A stretch of 64,000 bases of DNA from Camelus dromedarius (taxonomy: Eukaryota). Shown here piece by piece: positions 1 through 14,549 of the stretch. The notes beneath the pieces were generated by a model. It saw only the letters and a list, made by a program, of their open reading frames with translations, had not been told where the DNA came from and made no database searches. The position numbers were made by a program, and so were the translations under genes. The stretch lies in NCBI RefSeq assembly GCF_036321535.1, contig NC_087437.1:58096001-58160000 (forward strand). The letters run 5' to 3'. Position 1 is the stretch's first letter; the number at the start of each line of letters is the position of its first letter.

Positions 1-439
1 AACTGAGGTTCAGAGAGGTTAGGGTCTTGTTCAAGGTCACCAAGCCAGTCAGTAAGGGTGAGAAGACAAGGATTCAGGTTTCCTGACTCTGCACCCAGGG
101 CTCTTTCTTTTGTACCATCCGCTAAGAGGCACTACACACCAATACAGATAAAAGTATGACCATGGCTAACTAAGTAGGTAGATAATCACCTACTATGTGC
201 CAGGCACTGTACTGGAGACTGGGAATATAGTAGTGAACAAAACAGATAAAAATCCCTGAGTGCTCACAAGCCTCCTCACACGATGGAGATGGCCTCGCTC
301 TAGGGGTGAAGTCACCGGCTTTCTAGTTCCCACCCTACCAGGAACTTGCTATGTGGTAGGAGAGATGGACTGAAGACTGGGACAAACTGGAGAAAGGGTG
401 GCATTTCTATGGAAGGCAGCTGCTGTTCAGTACCAGGTG

Positions 440-615
440 ATTATGGCCACACAAAAAATAAGGTATGGTCCTTCTAATTTTCCAAGTTGGAAATCTGGTT
501 TTGTGCAAAACCTCCCAACTTTTAAATGTTTGCTCTAAATATTTAAAAACACCATGCTACTCAAATCAAATGCATATACAGGAGAAACCCAAGCCCACAG
601 GAAACCAGTTCTAAG
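440..615. mobile_element. hAT-Charlie non-autonomous fragment (MER102-like); a second copy in opposite orientation at about 5325-5470
   Basis: gaaatctggttttgtgcaaaacctcccaacttttaaatgtt; the reverse-complement counterpart aatatttgaaaatctggagatttcacataaaaatc is at about 5399-5433. Confidence 0.5.
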
Positions 616-1134
616 TCTGATGTGAATCTGGATAATACACGGTCAGACCAAGTGGCCGGTTCCTGACGAAGGGACCACAGAGGCATGGAGTTATTGGTGC
701 TATAAATCTGTGTGCCCATCAGCATTCTCTATTTTTCAAATATCTATAGATGTTATTATGAAAAAATTCAAAGTAATGTACATGGTTAGCTAAAGTCACA
801 GTAGCTTTCTATAACTGCTCATCTTTCTCCAATAAATGGATAGTAAAAGTATAACCAGTACCATTTGAACCCTCATAATTTTTTAACTGGTAAAAAAGAC
901 CCTCATGTTTAGAAAAGGTTGGAAGCAACTGGACTAGACAAGTTCTGAAGCGCACACTTTTATAATTCCACGGCCCTGTGCTGCAGAGAAGTGCGAGACT
1001 CAGAAGAGAGCTCACCTCAACACACCAGGGTATGTACTTCAAACTCAGCACACACGGGGCCATCTCAGTGCCTACTGCGAACTGTGTTCCACCTACCTGC
1101 TCAAGTTCAAGAACAAAAAACCAAGTAGCCAACC

Positions 1135-2390
1135 ATATCAGCAGTGTTTACTGAACAACTCTGTTTCCGGCGAGGAGAAAAAGACAAACAAGAACAGAAC
1201 CATGATAATCTATCACTGGGCTCTCATGACAATGGGAAACGTCAGACACCAACCACAAATGACTGCAGATTCATGACTGATCAGGGCAACTGAGACACCT
1301 GGGAAGTCAGACTGCCCACTGAGGAGAATCCACCCTGTCCCGGGCCAGCCTGAACGGCCTTCTCAAGAAGTGATGATCTGAGTGAGCTGAGAACATTTGG
1401 GGAAGTAGAGGTGAAGGCGCTGCACAGGCGTGTGGGAGGAGGGATGGGGCATTCCAGAAAAGGGCTGCAGTGGTGGGGATGAGGGGTTTCCAAAGAACAG
1501 AAAGGCCAGTATGGTAGAAACCAAGAGAGGGAAGGCATCTGAGGTTTGAGATGAGGCGTGAACATAGGAGACCGAGCACTGAGGCCTTCTCATCACATTC
1601 AGAACCTTTCAGGTCGCGACATCAGGACCTGGCCGGAGGTGGAGCCAGAGACATAAGCAGGAGCCAGGTCCCCCAAGGCCCTGTGAAATACGCTAAGGAG
1701 TTTGAACTTTCCGTGAAGAACGATGGCAGGCCCCTGAGGGTTCAGGCATATTTAAAAGGCGACTCAGCATGCAGAATGGACTTAAGAGCTGCATGATTAG
1801 AAGTGGAAAACCCAGGGAGACGATTGCAGTAACCCAGGAAACAGGTAACAGTGGCCTGAAGTGAGGAGGTGACGGTGGGAATGGAGGTGGGAAAAAAAAC
1901 AGAGTCTGGAGGAGGAGGCAGAATGGACAGGCCTCTGTTCCTTTTCAGCTCTGGGGCAGGAGGACGAGACGGGGGCCTCAGGGTGACTCCCAAGTTCCTG
2001 TCCTGGGCACTTTTGTGAAAGGTGGCATGGCTGGCTGAGGAGAAGCAGGGCTGAAGCACAGACAGATTCACTTTGGACACTCCATCTGTGGCACCTTTGG
2101 GCCATCCAAGTGGAAGAGTCTAAGGGGGAGACCAGCAGTCCCGGCTGGGGCACTGGCTCGGAGGCAGCAACAGGGATGGAAAATGGCGCTGCAAGTCGGT
2201 GAGAGAAAGTGTGAGGGGAGAAGAGACCAAAGCGTCACCAAGGGCTGGACAGAGAAATACAGGTCTGTCCCTTCCATGGAGATGGAGAAAAAGGAGAAAA
2301 CCAGGAAGAGTATGCTGCCACGGAAGCCAAGCGGGGAGAGTTAGGAGAGAATGGTGGACAAGGTCAGGCTGGAGAAGTTAAGGCGAATCT
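1135..2390 (-). mobile_element. L2 LINE remnant
   Basis: Purine-rich antisense L2 motifs (aaggagtttgaacttt, gattgcagtaacccagg, gtgactcccaagttcctg, tttggacac...ccatccaagtggaagagtc). Confidence 0.65.
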
Positions 2391-3709
2391 CAGCACCATG
2401 CTGGTTTTTCCTTCAGGGCCTTAAACATAATCTACTCCCCCCGTCCACTGTCCATCTCCTTCTAAGACTTGTATCAACGACATGAATGCTTGTTCCCCAC
2501 AGACGGCTTACTGCACTGAAATTCTCTAGGGTCTCTACAGAAGGAATGTATGGAGACTGCTCGTGTGATTGTTCAGGAAGGAGTCAGTAAAGCAGGAGAA
2601 ACTGCAGAAGAAGGGGGCAGAGATAACCCCCAAGGAGGGGGCTGGGCCTGCAGAGAGGATGGGATCCAGGACACAGAACAGAGGTAGTTGCTCTTGAATG
2701 ACACAAAGATATTCAAAGATCATTTCCCATCAGTTCTCCTTCTCCAGAACCAGAAATGATAAAGTTCTCTCCCATGAATTTCTACTCTGTCCAGATGAGC
2801 TCATCCACCCAGGATGTTCCATCCCCCCCTGAGATTACATCACAGGAAAACAATGAGTAAGGAGGCTGGGGACGAGGCTTCTCAGAGGATTCCAGTTCCA
2901 ATCTTTGCATCATAAGCACTAGATTTTCAAGCAGTCATTTTGGTCCATCGATGGATTTTGAAGCCCAATGCCAACGTGATTCAATGCTTTAAGTCAAGCA
3001 AGGTACAAACATTTGCCCTTAGAAAGCAGGGAAGCTGGACGGGGTTATTTACTTAAATAATTACTCACTTTTCAAAAGCAGACACAGCACTAAAGAGGCA
3101 GATCCCTTAGTTCACATAAAACCCAATTCAATTTATAAATTTTGATTTCCAAATAACTGTCTTAGTACATTTGGCATCTGCCTTTCACTGAGAAAAGATC
3201 AGCTCCCCATTCTCCCCAAACGATAGACTACATTAACTATGTCCTAATTAAATGTTCTAAATCTGGAGTGAAATGGGGAGCGGGGCAGCACTGGGGAGTC
3301 TGCCTTCATACGACTGCCCTAATTTACATAGCATCAAGAGCCCATTTAACCTTTATGCAGCCTTAAATCAATCAATTAGCTGAGACATACATTATTATTT
3401 CCAAAATGACGAGACTGTGGATAAGATAGTATTTCAAACAAAGGACTTTCAATAAATATAAACCACAAGCATCAAAAGAATGTTTGTTCTGAGGGCTGCC
3501 AAGAAAGGCCAAATGATAGAATGAAAAAGACTGGACCAGGAGGCAGAAGAATCATATTAGCAACCAACCGGCTTGGAGAACAATCAAACCAACCTCTCCT
3601 CCACTCTGCCCACTACTCCCTGACTTCCATCCTCCCTCCTCGTTTAACACCTCTTTGTTTTATGCCAGCAACCAGCACAGAGCCCAGCATGGTAACGGCG
3701 CTCTTGTTA

Positions 3710-3920
3710 TAGAAAGGTGCAAAGGGTTAGGAGCCCGACTGCCTAGGTTTGAATCCAGCCTCTCACCAGCTTGAGCAAGTTGAACTGCTGTAGTTTCCTT
3801 ATCAGCAAAGCAGGACAGTAGCAGCACCCCCATCACAGGATTGTTGTGAGGATTAAATGAGTTAATGATTACAGAGCACTTCGAACAACACCTGATAAAC
3901 AGCAGGGAAGAGTTTCTCAA
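3710..3920 (+). mobile_element. MIR SINE
   Basis: ctgcctaggtttgaatccagc, gtttccttatc, gttgtgaggattaaatgagttaat core. Confidence 0.75.
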
Positions 3921-4884
3921 CACCATCAGTATCCTCACCACCACCAGTTTGACCTTGAAAAAGTCACTCTTCACCATGGGGTTAAATTTCCCTACCAGCA
4001 ACATGATGGGATGGATGAACTGATCTCAGGAAGATCCCCGCTGGTTTAAGTCCTCTATAATTCTTTGAATCCTATTACAACTCTCTAAATCCTCCTAAGG
4101 CTCTGAGTTCTTAGACCAGCAGCAGAGAGAGAAGATCCCCAGGAGTCTTACCAGCCCCTGGAGCTTTGACTCCTCCCAACCACAGGCTGGACCCAGTGTC
4201 CTGTGGTCCACTCAGCCAGCCCCCTTCCTTGCTGTAGCTACAGACTGTTCAGAGATGAAAATATTCATTGTGATACTCAAAGCTGTGTAGACAGCAGAGA
4301 TGTGAGAAAAGAACACACATCACAAGAAAAAAAAAAGAGACAAGGAACAATCAAAAGACAGAAAGCAAACATGACACTCTAGAAATACACTGTGCCCACC
4401 AGGTTATTTATTTAGCATCCTCCATCTAATAGCAATTAAAAAAGACTGCGAACTACAAGGCAGCTCGGCGGCAGGGAAACGTTCTGTACTTCGAAGCACA
4501 GTCTCTCAACGTGCCTTCCCTTCACTTTAAACCCAGGCAGCCCCCCCCACCCCTAGGGAGGTTAGCAGATGCTGAGTGGACAGTCTCAGGTGCAAACACC
4601 TTTCTCAAGAAGCAGTCACTCACTGGACATTTACCTCACCTCCACCTTGCTCAAAAGTTAAATCAGTATTCAGGATGATCAAATTTCCTTTCCCTTCAGG
4701 GCCTCAGTTTCCACTTCTGTGAAATGGAGGTGGGAGAAACTCAGGCCACCCAATTTCAAAGTTTCCTAACAGCATTAAAGTTGTAGTATTCCATCAGTGA
4801 TTTCCACTTTGTGGAAGGAAAATTTTTTCTTAATGAGGTTAAAAAATAAAAAAGAAGAACGTTTATAATTATTTGCTGTTTTCT

Positions 4885-5110
4885 GCCTGAAGCTAGACTT
4901 CCTGGGTTCAAATTCCCACTCTACCAGTAGCTCTGTGACTTTGAGCAAATTACTTAACGTCTCTGTGCTTTGGATTTCTCATAGGTAAATAAGAATAAAA
5001 CCTCCCTCATAGGATTGTTGTTAGAATTAACTGTTGTTAATATATGTATAAAGTATAAAGCACTTAGACTATTCTTGGAACATGGTAAACATTATTTTAG
5101 TGTTGTTTTT
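4885..5110 (+). mobile_element. MIR SINE
   Basis: cctgggttcaaattcccactctacc, tgtgactttgagcaaattacttaac, aaagcacttaga. Confidence 0.75.
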
Positions 5111-5486
5111 ATTATTTTCAGTTACATAGATGGTTTTTATATTCAAAGGGAAAACCTGGGAAACAGTATGCTAGGACTAACACACACAAACACACACACC
5201 CCCCCACACGGCAGGCAGATGGAGAAACCTGTTTTCTAATCATGATTCTGCCCCCAAACTAGCTATGTGCTAATGAATAAACTACAGCCCCTGAGTCTCA
5301 AACTCCAAACCAGAGAAGATAAACAGACAGCCACAGTGTTCCGTTTGACCTACAGTTTTAAACCACATTTTGTTCCTTTAGTATTTAATTTTGTTCTCAA
5401 TATTTGAAAATCTGGAGATTTCACATAAAAATCAAGGTTCATCAGGTCTCTTAAAACATTCAAGTTCTATCTGCCCTAGACTCTCA

Positions 5487-5635
5487 GCAGTGGTTCTGAA
5501 AGTGCAGAGTCTGGCTCAGCAGCAGCTATGTCACCTGGAAGCTTGCTAGGAAGGCAAATTTTCAGGGCTGGAGCCCAGACCTACTGGATCAGAAACTCTG
5601 GGGGTGGTCTCAGTGTGTTAAGACCCAGGAGACTG
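5487..5635. mobile_element. MER5A-like hAT MITE
   Basis: cagtggttctgaaagtg...cagcagc..tcacctggaagcttgctag...cccagacctactggatcagaaactctgggggtgg. Confidence 0.75.
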
Positions 5636-6834
5636 AAGCACAGTAGCAGAGAGCACAGCAGTGGAGGGATGACTGGCCGGGGCTGAGGAACAGGGGCCCC
5701 CCTGAAACAAGGTTGGTGAGAGGTGATCTCCTTCACCTGCCAACTCCCCGGCATCCCTGACGCTGACATCAGGAACCAGCTGGCATTGACTGCGCTGCCC
5801 ACTGTGCTCATTTTCTTTACTGCCCAGTCCCTGGTGGGCGCTGGGCTCCCCAGCTCGGATCGAGAGGGACCACCCCTTCTCACAGCTGGGCTGTAAGCCC
5901 CTCAGGCACCATACGCCAGCGGATTGTGTCGTTCCAGATCAGAAACACAGTCTGAACGGAAGCAGGCTGCACACACCAAGGGCACAGCTGAGAGAACAAA
6001 CTGTTGCGTTTTCTTTATTAATCACAACACCATCCGCACAAGCAGCTGCTATTAGGAACAGCTGCAGCTGCTAAAAGGGTGATCTTGAAGCCACCTAGAA
6101 AAGTGCTTACAAGTTGCACACCAACCACAAGCATGTGCAGACCTGCAGTCTATTGCCTTGGCTCTTCCAACCGATCCTCAGTGCCTCTCTCTGGACCAGA
6201 AATCCTCCTTCCCCCATACTCTGAGGTGAGGTAGGAGGGGTAGGTTTTTGGAATCAGCATCACACAAAGAATATGGAGTGAGCTTCAGAGGACTTCAGTT
6301 TGACTCCACCTCAACCATTTAGAGACCTTGAGAGAGCTACTTAATGTCTCTTGATCACTTTCATCCCATGTTAAAAAAGAGGCAATAATAAGACCTACCT
6401 CATATGGTTACTGTGAGAAGTCAAAATTAGGTTATGCCTATGAAAGTATTTTGCAGACTGTGGAAGTCCAGGTAAAAAATAAAGGCTCTATCATCATCCC
6501 ATGAAAACTGCAGTGTGACCCAGAAATCAGCTAATACAGAATCCACTGTTACTAGCTTAGGGCTATCAGAGGTGAAATCAGAGAATTACATGCTACAAAG
6601 GGCCTTCTGGGGACCTGTAACCCAACATTTCTACACTGTCCTCCTCTCCCCTAGTCCCTGAATTCTATCAACAGGAGCCTACGCATAGGGCAGCCCCACT
6701 TGGAAAATCTCTACCTGTGGGAAAATCACTACATTCTAAGGCAGGCAGCCCATTCTGTCCACCTTGGGCAGAATCTGAATATAGACCATCCCTCCTTGTA
6801 GACGCCAAATAAAACTTGCTATAATTTAAGCAGC

Positions 6835-7220
6835 CTTGAAAGCTGCTTTCAGATGCACCCACCCCAGGGCCTTTGCACATGTTGTTCTAGCTACCTGAAT
6901 ACTCTTCCATCAGTCTTCAGATGCCTGGGTCCTTCTTACTCTTCCAGTTCAAATGTCACTACTTGAGAGAGGCCGCCTCTACCACTCTGTACCTCATTCT
7001 ACCCAGTTACCCTCCGTCATAATAATCTGTTTGGTTTTTTTCTAAGCACACATCCCTGTTTATTCGTGAGCTCAAATCTTGTTGAATCCCCCAAAGAACA
7101 TAAGCCCTATGGAGGTAGTGACCTTGCTTCTCTTATTTGCCACTCTGTGCACTTAGGATATGCAGTAATTACACCATAGTAATTATACTAGTTCATGATA
7201 GGCACTCTGATATATGTTGA
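6835..7220 (+). mobile_element. L2 LINE 3' end
   Basis: cagggcctttgcacatgttgttc...ttcaaatgtcact...taggcactc...gttgaacgaattaatgaatgaatg terminus. Confidence 0.7.
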
Positions 7221-8879
7221 ACGAATTAATGAATGAATGCTTAACACTATTCTACATACATTGTAAATATTCAAATACTCGTTAGAAGAAACAAAAACCT
7301 ACACAAGACTTACACCAACCCCCACTACTAACTTAACTCACAAATAGTAATCATGTCTTCTTGTGGTGAGGAAAGAACTATAACAAATAAACAAACTGAA
7401 CAACAGTTCCCCATGCCAGCTTTATTCATAGCAGCACTGTCCCTAGTAATCTGTCTCTTTCTCTTGTGCAGAGGGGATTCAAGAAAAGGCACTTAAGTGG
7501 ATGAAAAACAAGATAGCTGTTTCTTGGAGACAGGTCCTCACATAATGGCATAATTATGAACTCTCCTTAAAGAGATCACTCAGCTGGCAAGTAGTCACCC
7601 AAGTCCATTGTGAACACTGTCTCAGACCCTCAGAAGCAGACGGTCGAGGCCCAACAATCAGACACGGAGAATGCGTACCCACAGAGTATGTACTTAGCCA
7701 CGGCACCCTCAGCCAGCCTCACCTACCCTGTACCAGGGAGGGTGGGAGAGCCCAGAGAGGCATGGAAGCTGCTCCCCTTGCCTGGTCTGGGAACACGGAC
7801 TCAGGCCAGTAACCATGAAAGATGCCTGGGGGAAAAAGCCACAAGCCCTTTGCAGGCAGTGTGTGGAGAAGACACTGGAGATCTGGGCAGAGCCCTGTTC
7901 TGTAACCTACTAACCTACTCTATGACCCTCAACTAAGTCATATCACCTCCCAGAGTCTCAGTACTCCCATCTGTAAATGTACCAGTTCCTATACAACAGT
8001 TCTCAACGACCGGTCCAAAGACTATACCACACCATACCAGATGCTAATACGTACTGTAGTCTATAAAGCACTGTACAAAGATGAATTATTATTGATGGCA
8101 AATAACAGTAGTTTATGATCATAAAGAACTGCTGCAATTTGAATTCCAAAGGTGGCATCTGAACACTTGTACGCTGACTGATAAGTACACAGAACACCTT
8201 TGTGGGCAAGATGACTTAATGCTTTCTGCACATCCTTTAAAGCCCCAAGTGTGGGTGTGCAGCAGGCTCTCAAGTACCCTGGATGCCCAGGGAAGAAAAG
8301 CCAGAGTCTACAAGAAAGGGGACATTTCCACAAGTCACTGTTTGCTGCTCTCAGTCAATAAGCTACAGCAATTACTTGGGACATTCCTTAAACCGCCCTG
8401 TGATAAGTTTTGAGGATGTTATTTCTGGGATCTAGAAAAAAACTCCCCTACCACATAAGGAGATCAAAAAAAGATTTTCTTGACTCCAGAGAAGATGACA
8501 TAGAGACTGGCTTAATGGGAGGGGGAAGTCATAAAGAGACAGTGTCAGAAAGAGCTCATGCCTTAAATAGAGCCTGAAATAAGGCAGCTTCGCACAGAAG
8601 GGCTTTTTGAAAAATCACTTAACATTCTGTTAGTAACTAGTGTTTACACGACCTCACTGGGTGCTGCCAAGATAAAGGAGCAGAGATTACTTAGCCAATA
8701 GCATGGGGAAGAATGTGCTGGGGGCTATAAAAGGTGACCAGGTGTTAGAAGAACCCAGAGGAAAGGAAAATTTTTTTCTCCTTGGAGAGACAAAGGAAAG
8801 CTTCATGAGTCAAGTGGCATTTGAGCTGGGAGAAGAAAACAAAGCAGAGATAAGGTGTCAGAATGCTGTCATCAGAAGC

Positions 8880-9380
8880 TGAGACTCTTAACTGCCTCTG
8901 TGACATAGATGTCTTGACAGGTTAGAAAAGCAACCAACTTTGGACCCCTGCAAAAAAAAAAAAAAAAGTATATTTAAATAAATGTTAACATTACACAGAA
9001 CTTCAAAGAAAATTGGCATTAAAACACAAAATACATTTAAAAAATAAATCTATGAGTAACAGGTGTGACTCTCTATTAATGCATTAAATAAAATCTAACA
9101 GCAAATCTGACATCCGCCATAATTTCAAAGCAGTGATAAATGATTTTTTTCAAGGCATCTGTAACAACTGTAACATGAAATGGAAATATCTGTGATTTCT
9201 ACTGGCAACAAAAGCAAAAAAACAAGAGGTACTGCTAATGGCTTGGTACCTACTTTTATAATGGAAGGAAATTCAGTTTTTCAGTTAGAGGTTAAAAATA
9301 AAAGATGTAATTTTTCCCCATTCAAGTCCACAGAGTTCCAAGTTTCCATGTTTCCATTGACCATAGGTTAAGAAATCCTA
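8880..9380. mobile_element. hAT-Charlie type non-autonomous DNA transposon
   Basis: Degenerate inverted ends (actcttaact ... ggttaagaaatcct); internal ggaaatatctgtgatttcta and tttcagttagaggtta...aaagatgtaatttttcccc motifs; subfamily uncertain. Confidence 0.55.
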
Positions 9381-11554
9381 ATAGAGAAAACAGCCTGAGA
9401 AAAAGAAGTAAAGGAGAAATGCGGGTAATGTTACGAGACCATGTAGAACATGCAAAGACACGAAGAGGAGGAGGCACTGAAAGGCTGGTCAGACCCTCAG
9501 AAGTCACCAACAAGAAGGTCCACCATCCTGCAGTCATCAAATCACAGAATGTGCTCTAAGTTCCAGAACAAGCATCTTCTTTTGGAATCAAAGAATCAAA
9601 GATGAATGAAAGGAGCTAAAGAACACCTTTTCACAGGTTATAGCTTCTGTTCAAATGTGTAGTAGATGACAGCGTATTGACAAATTTACTAAAAATACAC
9701 ATATCCGATAGGATTATGTACATAAAACATATGCATGTAAGTATGAGTGGGTAAAAGCATGTTTTATAAACATAGATGTCTAGGGGGAAAAAGTACGTCA
9801 ACTATTAGCAGTAATTAGAATTTGGAGGTGATTTTACCTCTTTGTATTTTCTATAATTGGAACATGGGCAAAAAGGGCCCAAAGAGGTTAGGTGACTTAT
9901 TCAGGGTAACACACATTCTAGACAGTACAAAACAGAGCTGGAACTAGAACTCAATCCTTCGGTACTCTCAGATTCAGAACTGAATACACTTGTACACACA
10001 AGGTAGGTATGATTATTTGCGTCAACCTCCATACTCTTCTGAATATGAGACTCAGAGTCTGTTAAGTGACTTGCCCAAAGCCACACAGCAAGTAACTGGA
10101 AGAGCTGGGGCTAGAATCTGGTTCTCCTGCCCCTCCGGAGTGCAGAACAGTGTCACTTTTAAAGGCAAGGGTTTTGCATCAGCCTGACATTGGTTAAGCC
10201 CCAACTAAGCCATTTACTTGCTGGTAAACTTGAACAAATTTCTGAATTTTTCCAATCCTAGAGTTCCCCATACATCTTTACCTCCAAAGGTTATGATGTC
10301 AATTAAATGATCCAATGATGTGAAACCCTATTACACCCTCTGACACAGAGGAAACATTCTAATCATCTCAATCACTCTGCCTCCCTGTCTCTGTCCCACA
10401 GGGAAGGACTCCAGCATTACCTTCCAGGAGCCCACAGACATATCTGCTTGTTAGGCTGAGCAGCCTAGTTCGCGTCTCCAGAGTCAACTGGGATCAGCTC
10501 ATTGTGCGTACAAGCCGCTCTGTTGGACAGGGAATGCAACATCAGGCCTAATACGGGACAGGATGTCAGAGTGCTGAGCAGCCAGTTTGGGGATCTCTGG
10601 GGATTCGGATTCAATAGGTCTGAAACAGGACCAGAGATCCCAAATTGTTAAAAGGCTCCAGGAGAGTCTAAAGAGCTAACACTCAGTGACAAGTTCCTCG
10701 CTTGACATGAGAGACTCTACTGTTTCTATAAATACAAAAAGGGGCCCAGTCTAATCCCAAGAAATGCATTATCCGATGGGGGGCCCAACAAGGCGTCCTG
10801 GGAAGATCCGGGATCATCAACTGCTCCAGGGGTCTCCTGTCACGCAGGGCAGCGACCAACCACCCAGAACCACGGATGGAGAACTGAAACCAACCCAAAC
10901 TAGAAGCAAAAACAAATGTTCAAAGGGACTTCCCGGCCCTCGATACATAATGTTTTCAGAGTTGGAACAGACTTCAAAGACAACCTTGTCATCTGCAGAT
11001 ACTACAGTACCTTAGTGACTAGAACGCTAAGGAACTTACCAAGACTTGGAGGCCCACAAAGCAACGATCCACAACACAGTCCCTCAATAAAGACGGCTGG
11101 ATGAACTTGTTACGGAAAAGTGACATTCAAACACTGGGAAGACAGGGTTTCAAGATGGCCTATTCTGAAGATACAGAAAATGCCTAAAGATATGGCAGGT
11201 CCAGCAGCCCTCAGGAGCACCTCACCAGAGCCCTGAGAGGAGCCGAGAGCCAGCAAACTATGCTCCTGGAGTTGACAGGATCTCCAAAGGCCCGTATGAA
11301 TTCAAGTTTTTCCTCACTATTTTACCCTTAGCACCCTGCACACTGCTTGGCAAACAGTAGAACATTCAGTAAATATTTGTTGAATGCATGAAAGTAAGAG
11401 AGAAAGACAGATAGAGACAGATAGGCAGGCAAAAAGAGAACTTCCTTGCTCCTGCAGGCCTAGCAGGCTGCCGAGGACAGCACTCGCCAGGGACTGGGGC
11501 GTTTTTGGTGGCCTGACCCAAAAGCGATGGAAGATGATTGCTCCTGCAGTGGAA

Positions 11555-11810
11555 GGAACATGAGCTTTGGGGTCAGACATACCTGGGTTCAAACTCAAAC
11601 TCTGTGTGACTTTGGCATAAGTACTTGACCTCTCTGAGCTGCACTGTTTCACCTTTAAAAGGGGATAATACCACCTCCTTCACCTCCACAATAGGCTTGA
11701 TGATATTTATCCTTACAAAGGTTTTTGGAAGAAAATTACATGAACTAACAGATTTATGCAAAGTAGCTAGCACAATGGCCAGCAACCAGTATGAGCTTAA
11801 CAAATGGCAA
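11555..11810 (+). mobile_element. MIR SINE
   Basis: gctttggggtcagacatacctgggttcaaa, tgtgactttggcataagtacttgacctctctgagc. Confidence 0.75.
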
Positions 11811-14549
11811 CCTGGGCTGGAATGAATCACGCCCTCTACAGCCAGAGCATGTATTCTCCTGGGTCACCTCTAATCATACTCTGTAGTCTGACAGCAGGCT
11901 GCAGAAACAATTCCAGGGTTAAGGTCACTAGATTTTCTAATCATGCCCATTTCTTTTAAATAAATAATAAAATCAGGTATACGTTCCTTTTCAGCTTACA
12001 AAGCAACAACATTCACACATAACAATTCTGAAACAATGCATTACTACTGTCCACATTTAATAGATATGAATACCATTATCTGTGTTTAAGAGATGAAAAA
12101 ACTAAGACCACCTAGCCAGCAAGAGGCAGACTGAGACAGGAACCACAGATTTTAACATTTTATTATAATGACCATTATTTTCTCAACCTGAAGTTCAAAC
12201 AAATGCTTTTATTCTGGAATAAACTACTCGAACTCAGAGTGTTCCAGAACTCACCTTGGATGCTACTTGGATTACCCTAATACTTACAGTTGAAATCAGC
12301 AACAAGATCCTAAAAAGAAGAGGCGGCATTTTATTTTATTTTATTTTTTTTGAAACAAAGCCCCTCCTCTAGGTTTAATGCATCAACTCTTAATAGTCTC
12401 AACTAAGAGAAGAGGAACATGACTCAGAATCGAGCCAACGTGAGTTTTAGCAGCATTGCTTCTGTTTATTGGCCGTGGGACTCTGGATGATTCTTAACCC
12501 CAATAAACTTCAATATCCTCACTTGGGTGATGGGAAAGCAATACCTACTCCTAAGGCTGTGTGACGCTCCTGGCACCAAGAAGGCAATCAGTAAGTGACA
12601 ACTTCCCTAATGACCACACCATGGTATCAACTGTTTGGATTGGAGGGGAAGCGATGGCTTGTTTCTTCCTGGCTTTTCTAGCTTCTGCATAACCCCTGTT
12701 CTGCATCTGTTCAATGGGGATACAACCAGTCTTCATCCGACCTCGCCAGGGAATGAAGATAACAAAAGAGCTGGCAGAGACATTATGCAAATACCAAATA
12801 TTATTAAAACATTAATGAACTCTGGCAATTTCCCTGAATTTTGATAAATGGTGTTTATTATGCACTGCCAGCCTCTCCCACAATCTGGGCTCTCAAATAT
12901 TAACTAGATAATAACAGCAATCATTCTCTTAAAAGACCAGGGTATAGAGAGAAAGGAGTGAGTCTAGATGACTCCCGCAAACATCTGCCTCCAAAGGACT
13001 CAGAATCTCGGGACAAGCAGAGAATGTCAGGACAGACCACGGAGAGCTGGGTGACCACCAACAGGCTCAGATCAACTCCACCAACTATGCAGATCCCTGC
13101 TGTGATAAGACAGTGGAGTTGCCTGGTGCTGATGGGTCACTGATTATGACAACAGTCTATCACCACTTGGCTCTTCTGTGGAAAGTTGCCTCCAATCGAG
13201 AGAAAACAAAAAGGATCTGGGAAGCTGGGGGTCTTCAGTCCAGGCTAACAGTCTTATACAGACAGGGGCTGCCCCTGCCAACTGCCTAAAAACAGAGGTA
13301 GTGTTACCCACAGCTCCATCAAAGAGGTCTGCACCAAATTCCTCTCCCATTTGGTTCTGTGTGAGGGGATAACGTTTCAAAGTCGCTGACAATCCTCAGG
13401 TACCGCTCAGAAAGAGGCAGAACAAAGCCATGAGGACTCACCCCCCGCACCCCCACCCCCCACCAAAACTCCTGGAAATAAGGGCCTGCCACTACCCCAG
13501 CAACACCTTCACAAACTGAGGGTCATTAAGATAACTTATTCGCATATTCATAAAAGACTGTGGCAAATGAAACAAAGTGCACAGAAAGGGATTTTGGGGT
13601 TTTTTTGTTTTTTGTTCAGCCCAGCGAAAATCCGCTTTAGAAAAAGTAAACCCACACAGGGACCCTCACTGTCGCCAAACCTTCACTTGTCTAGAGCGGC
13701 CGGCACCTCATTAGAGGACAGCAAGGAACTCACAAATGAATGCAGCACCACACACAGGCAAGCTCATTTCGCCATCTGCTTTCTAGTGTCCAGAGGGGCA
13801 AGAGGCTTAAATGACATTCTCCTGAATTTTCTCTCCTGCAGGTGGAAACATCAAATTCCTAGGGGGCAAGAAAGACGTCTCTTGCAAGGTCAACTGGATA
13901 AAAAGGAACAAAAGGGAATTTCATTGACCTGTCAACACAATGCCACTCATGACATTAAACACATGTATAAATTAAGCACCCTGCAATAATTCACCCTTCA
14001 TATCTGGGTAAAGCCTTTGTGAAATCAGTGTATCAGCTGTGGGGTTAGCTGAGAAGTTCCTAATGAGCTGGGCATGGAAACTTACCCCTCCCCTCATCTT
14101 CCCATTTTCTGTTTCACGACTATCCTGATCAGTGGTACCCAGTACATTTTTCTAGCGAACACCTAGGGCAGGAGACATCAGAATTGATGCGGGGTCTGTA
14201 CCAACACAATGGCAGACTTCCATGATTTATGTCAAAGAGAAAGGCTGTGATTAAGCAACTTAAATAACTGCCCTGAGCCTTCTCTGTGTATCCCCACCCA
14301 TCTGACAATCACTGTGCTAGTTTCCAGATCTGGAAGCTCATCCCACTATCAGGTTAAGGAGCTGTTTAAACACAGACACACAGACACCACGTTTAATTCA
14401 TCTGAATACACTTGTATTGACACAGGCTGAATGGCCGGATATCTAAACGGAGAGCTTCACAACGCCATACACAAGCTAGGCTACGCTAGGGAAGTGTGGA
14501 GCAAAAGGTAAAATCCAGCCCCAAGTTTTAACATGCTTCATCCAACTTC

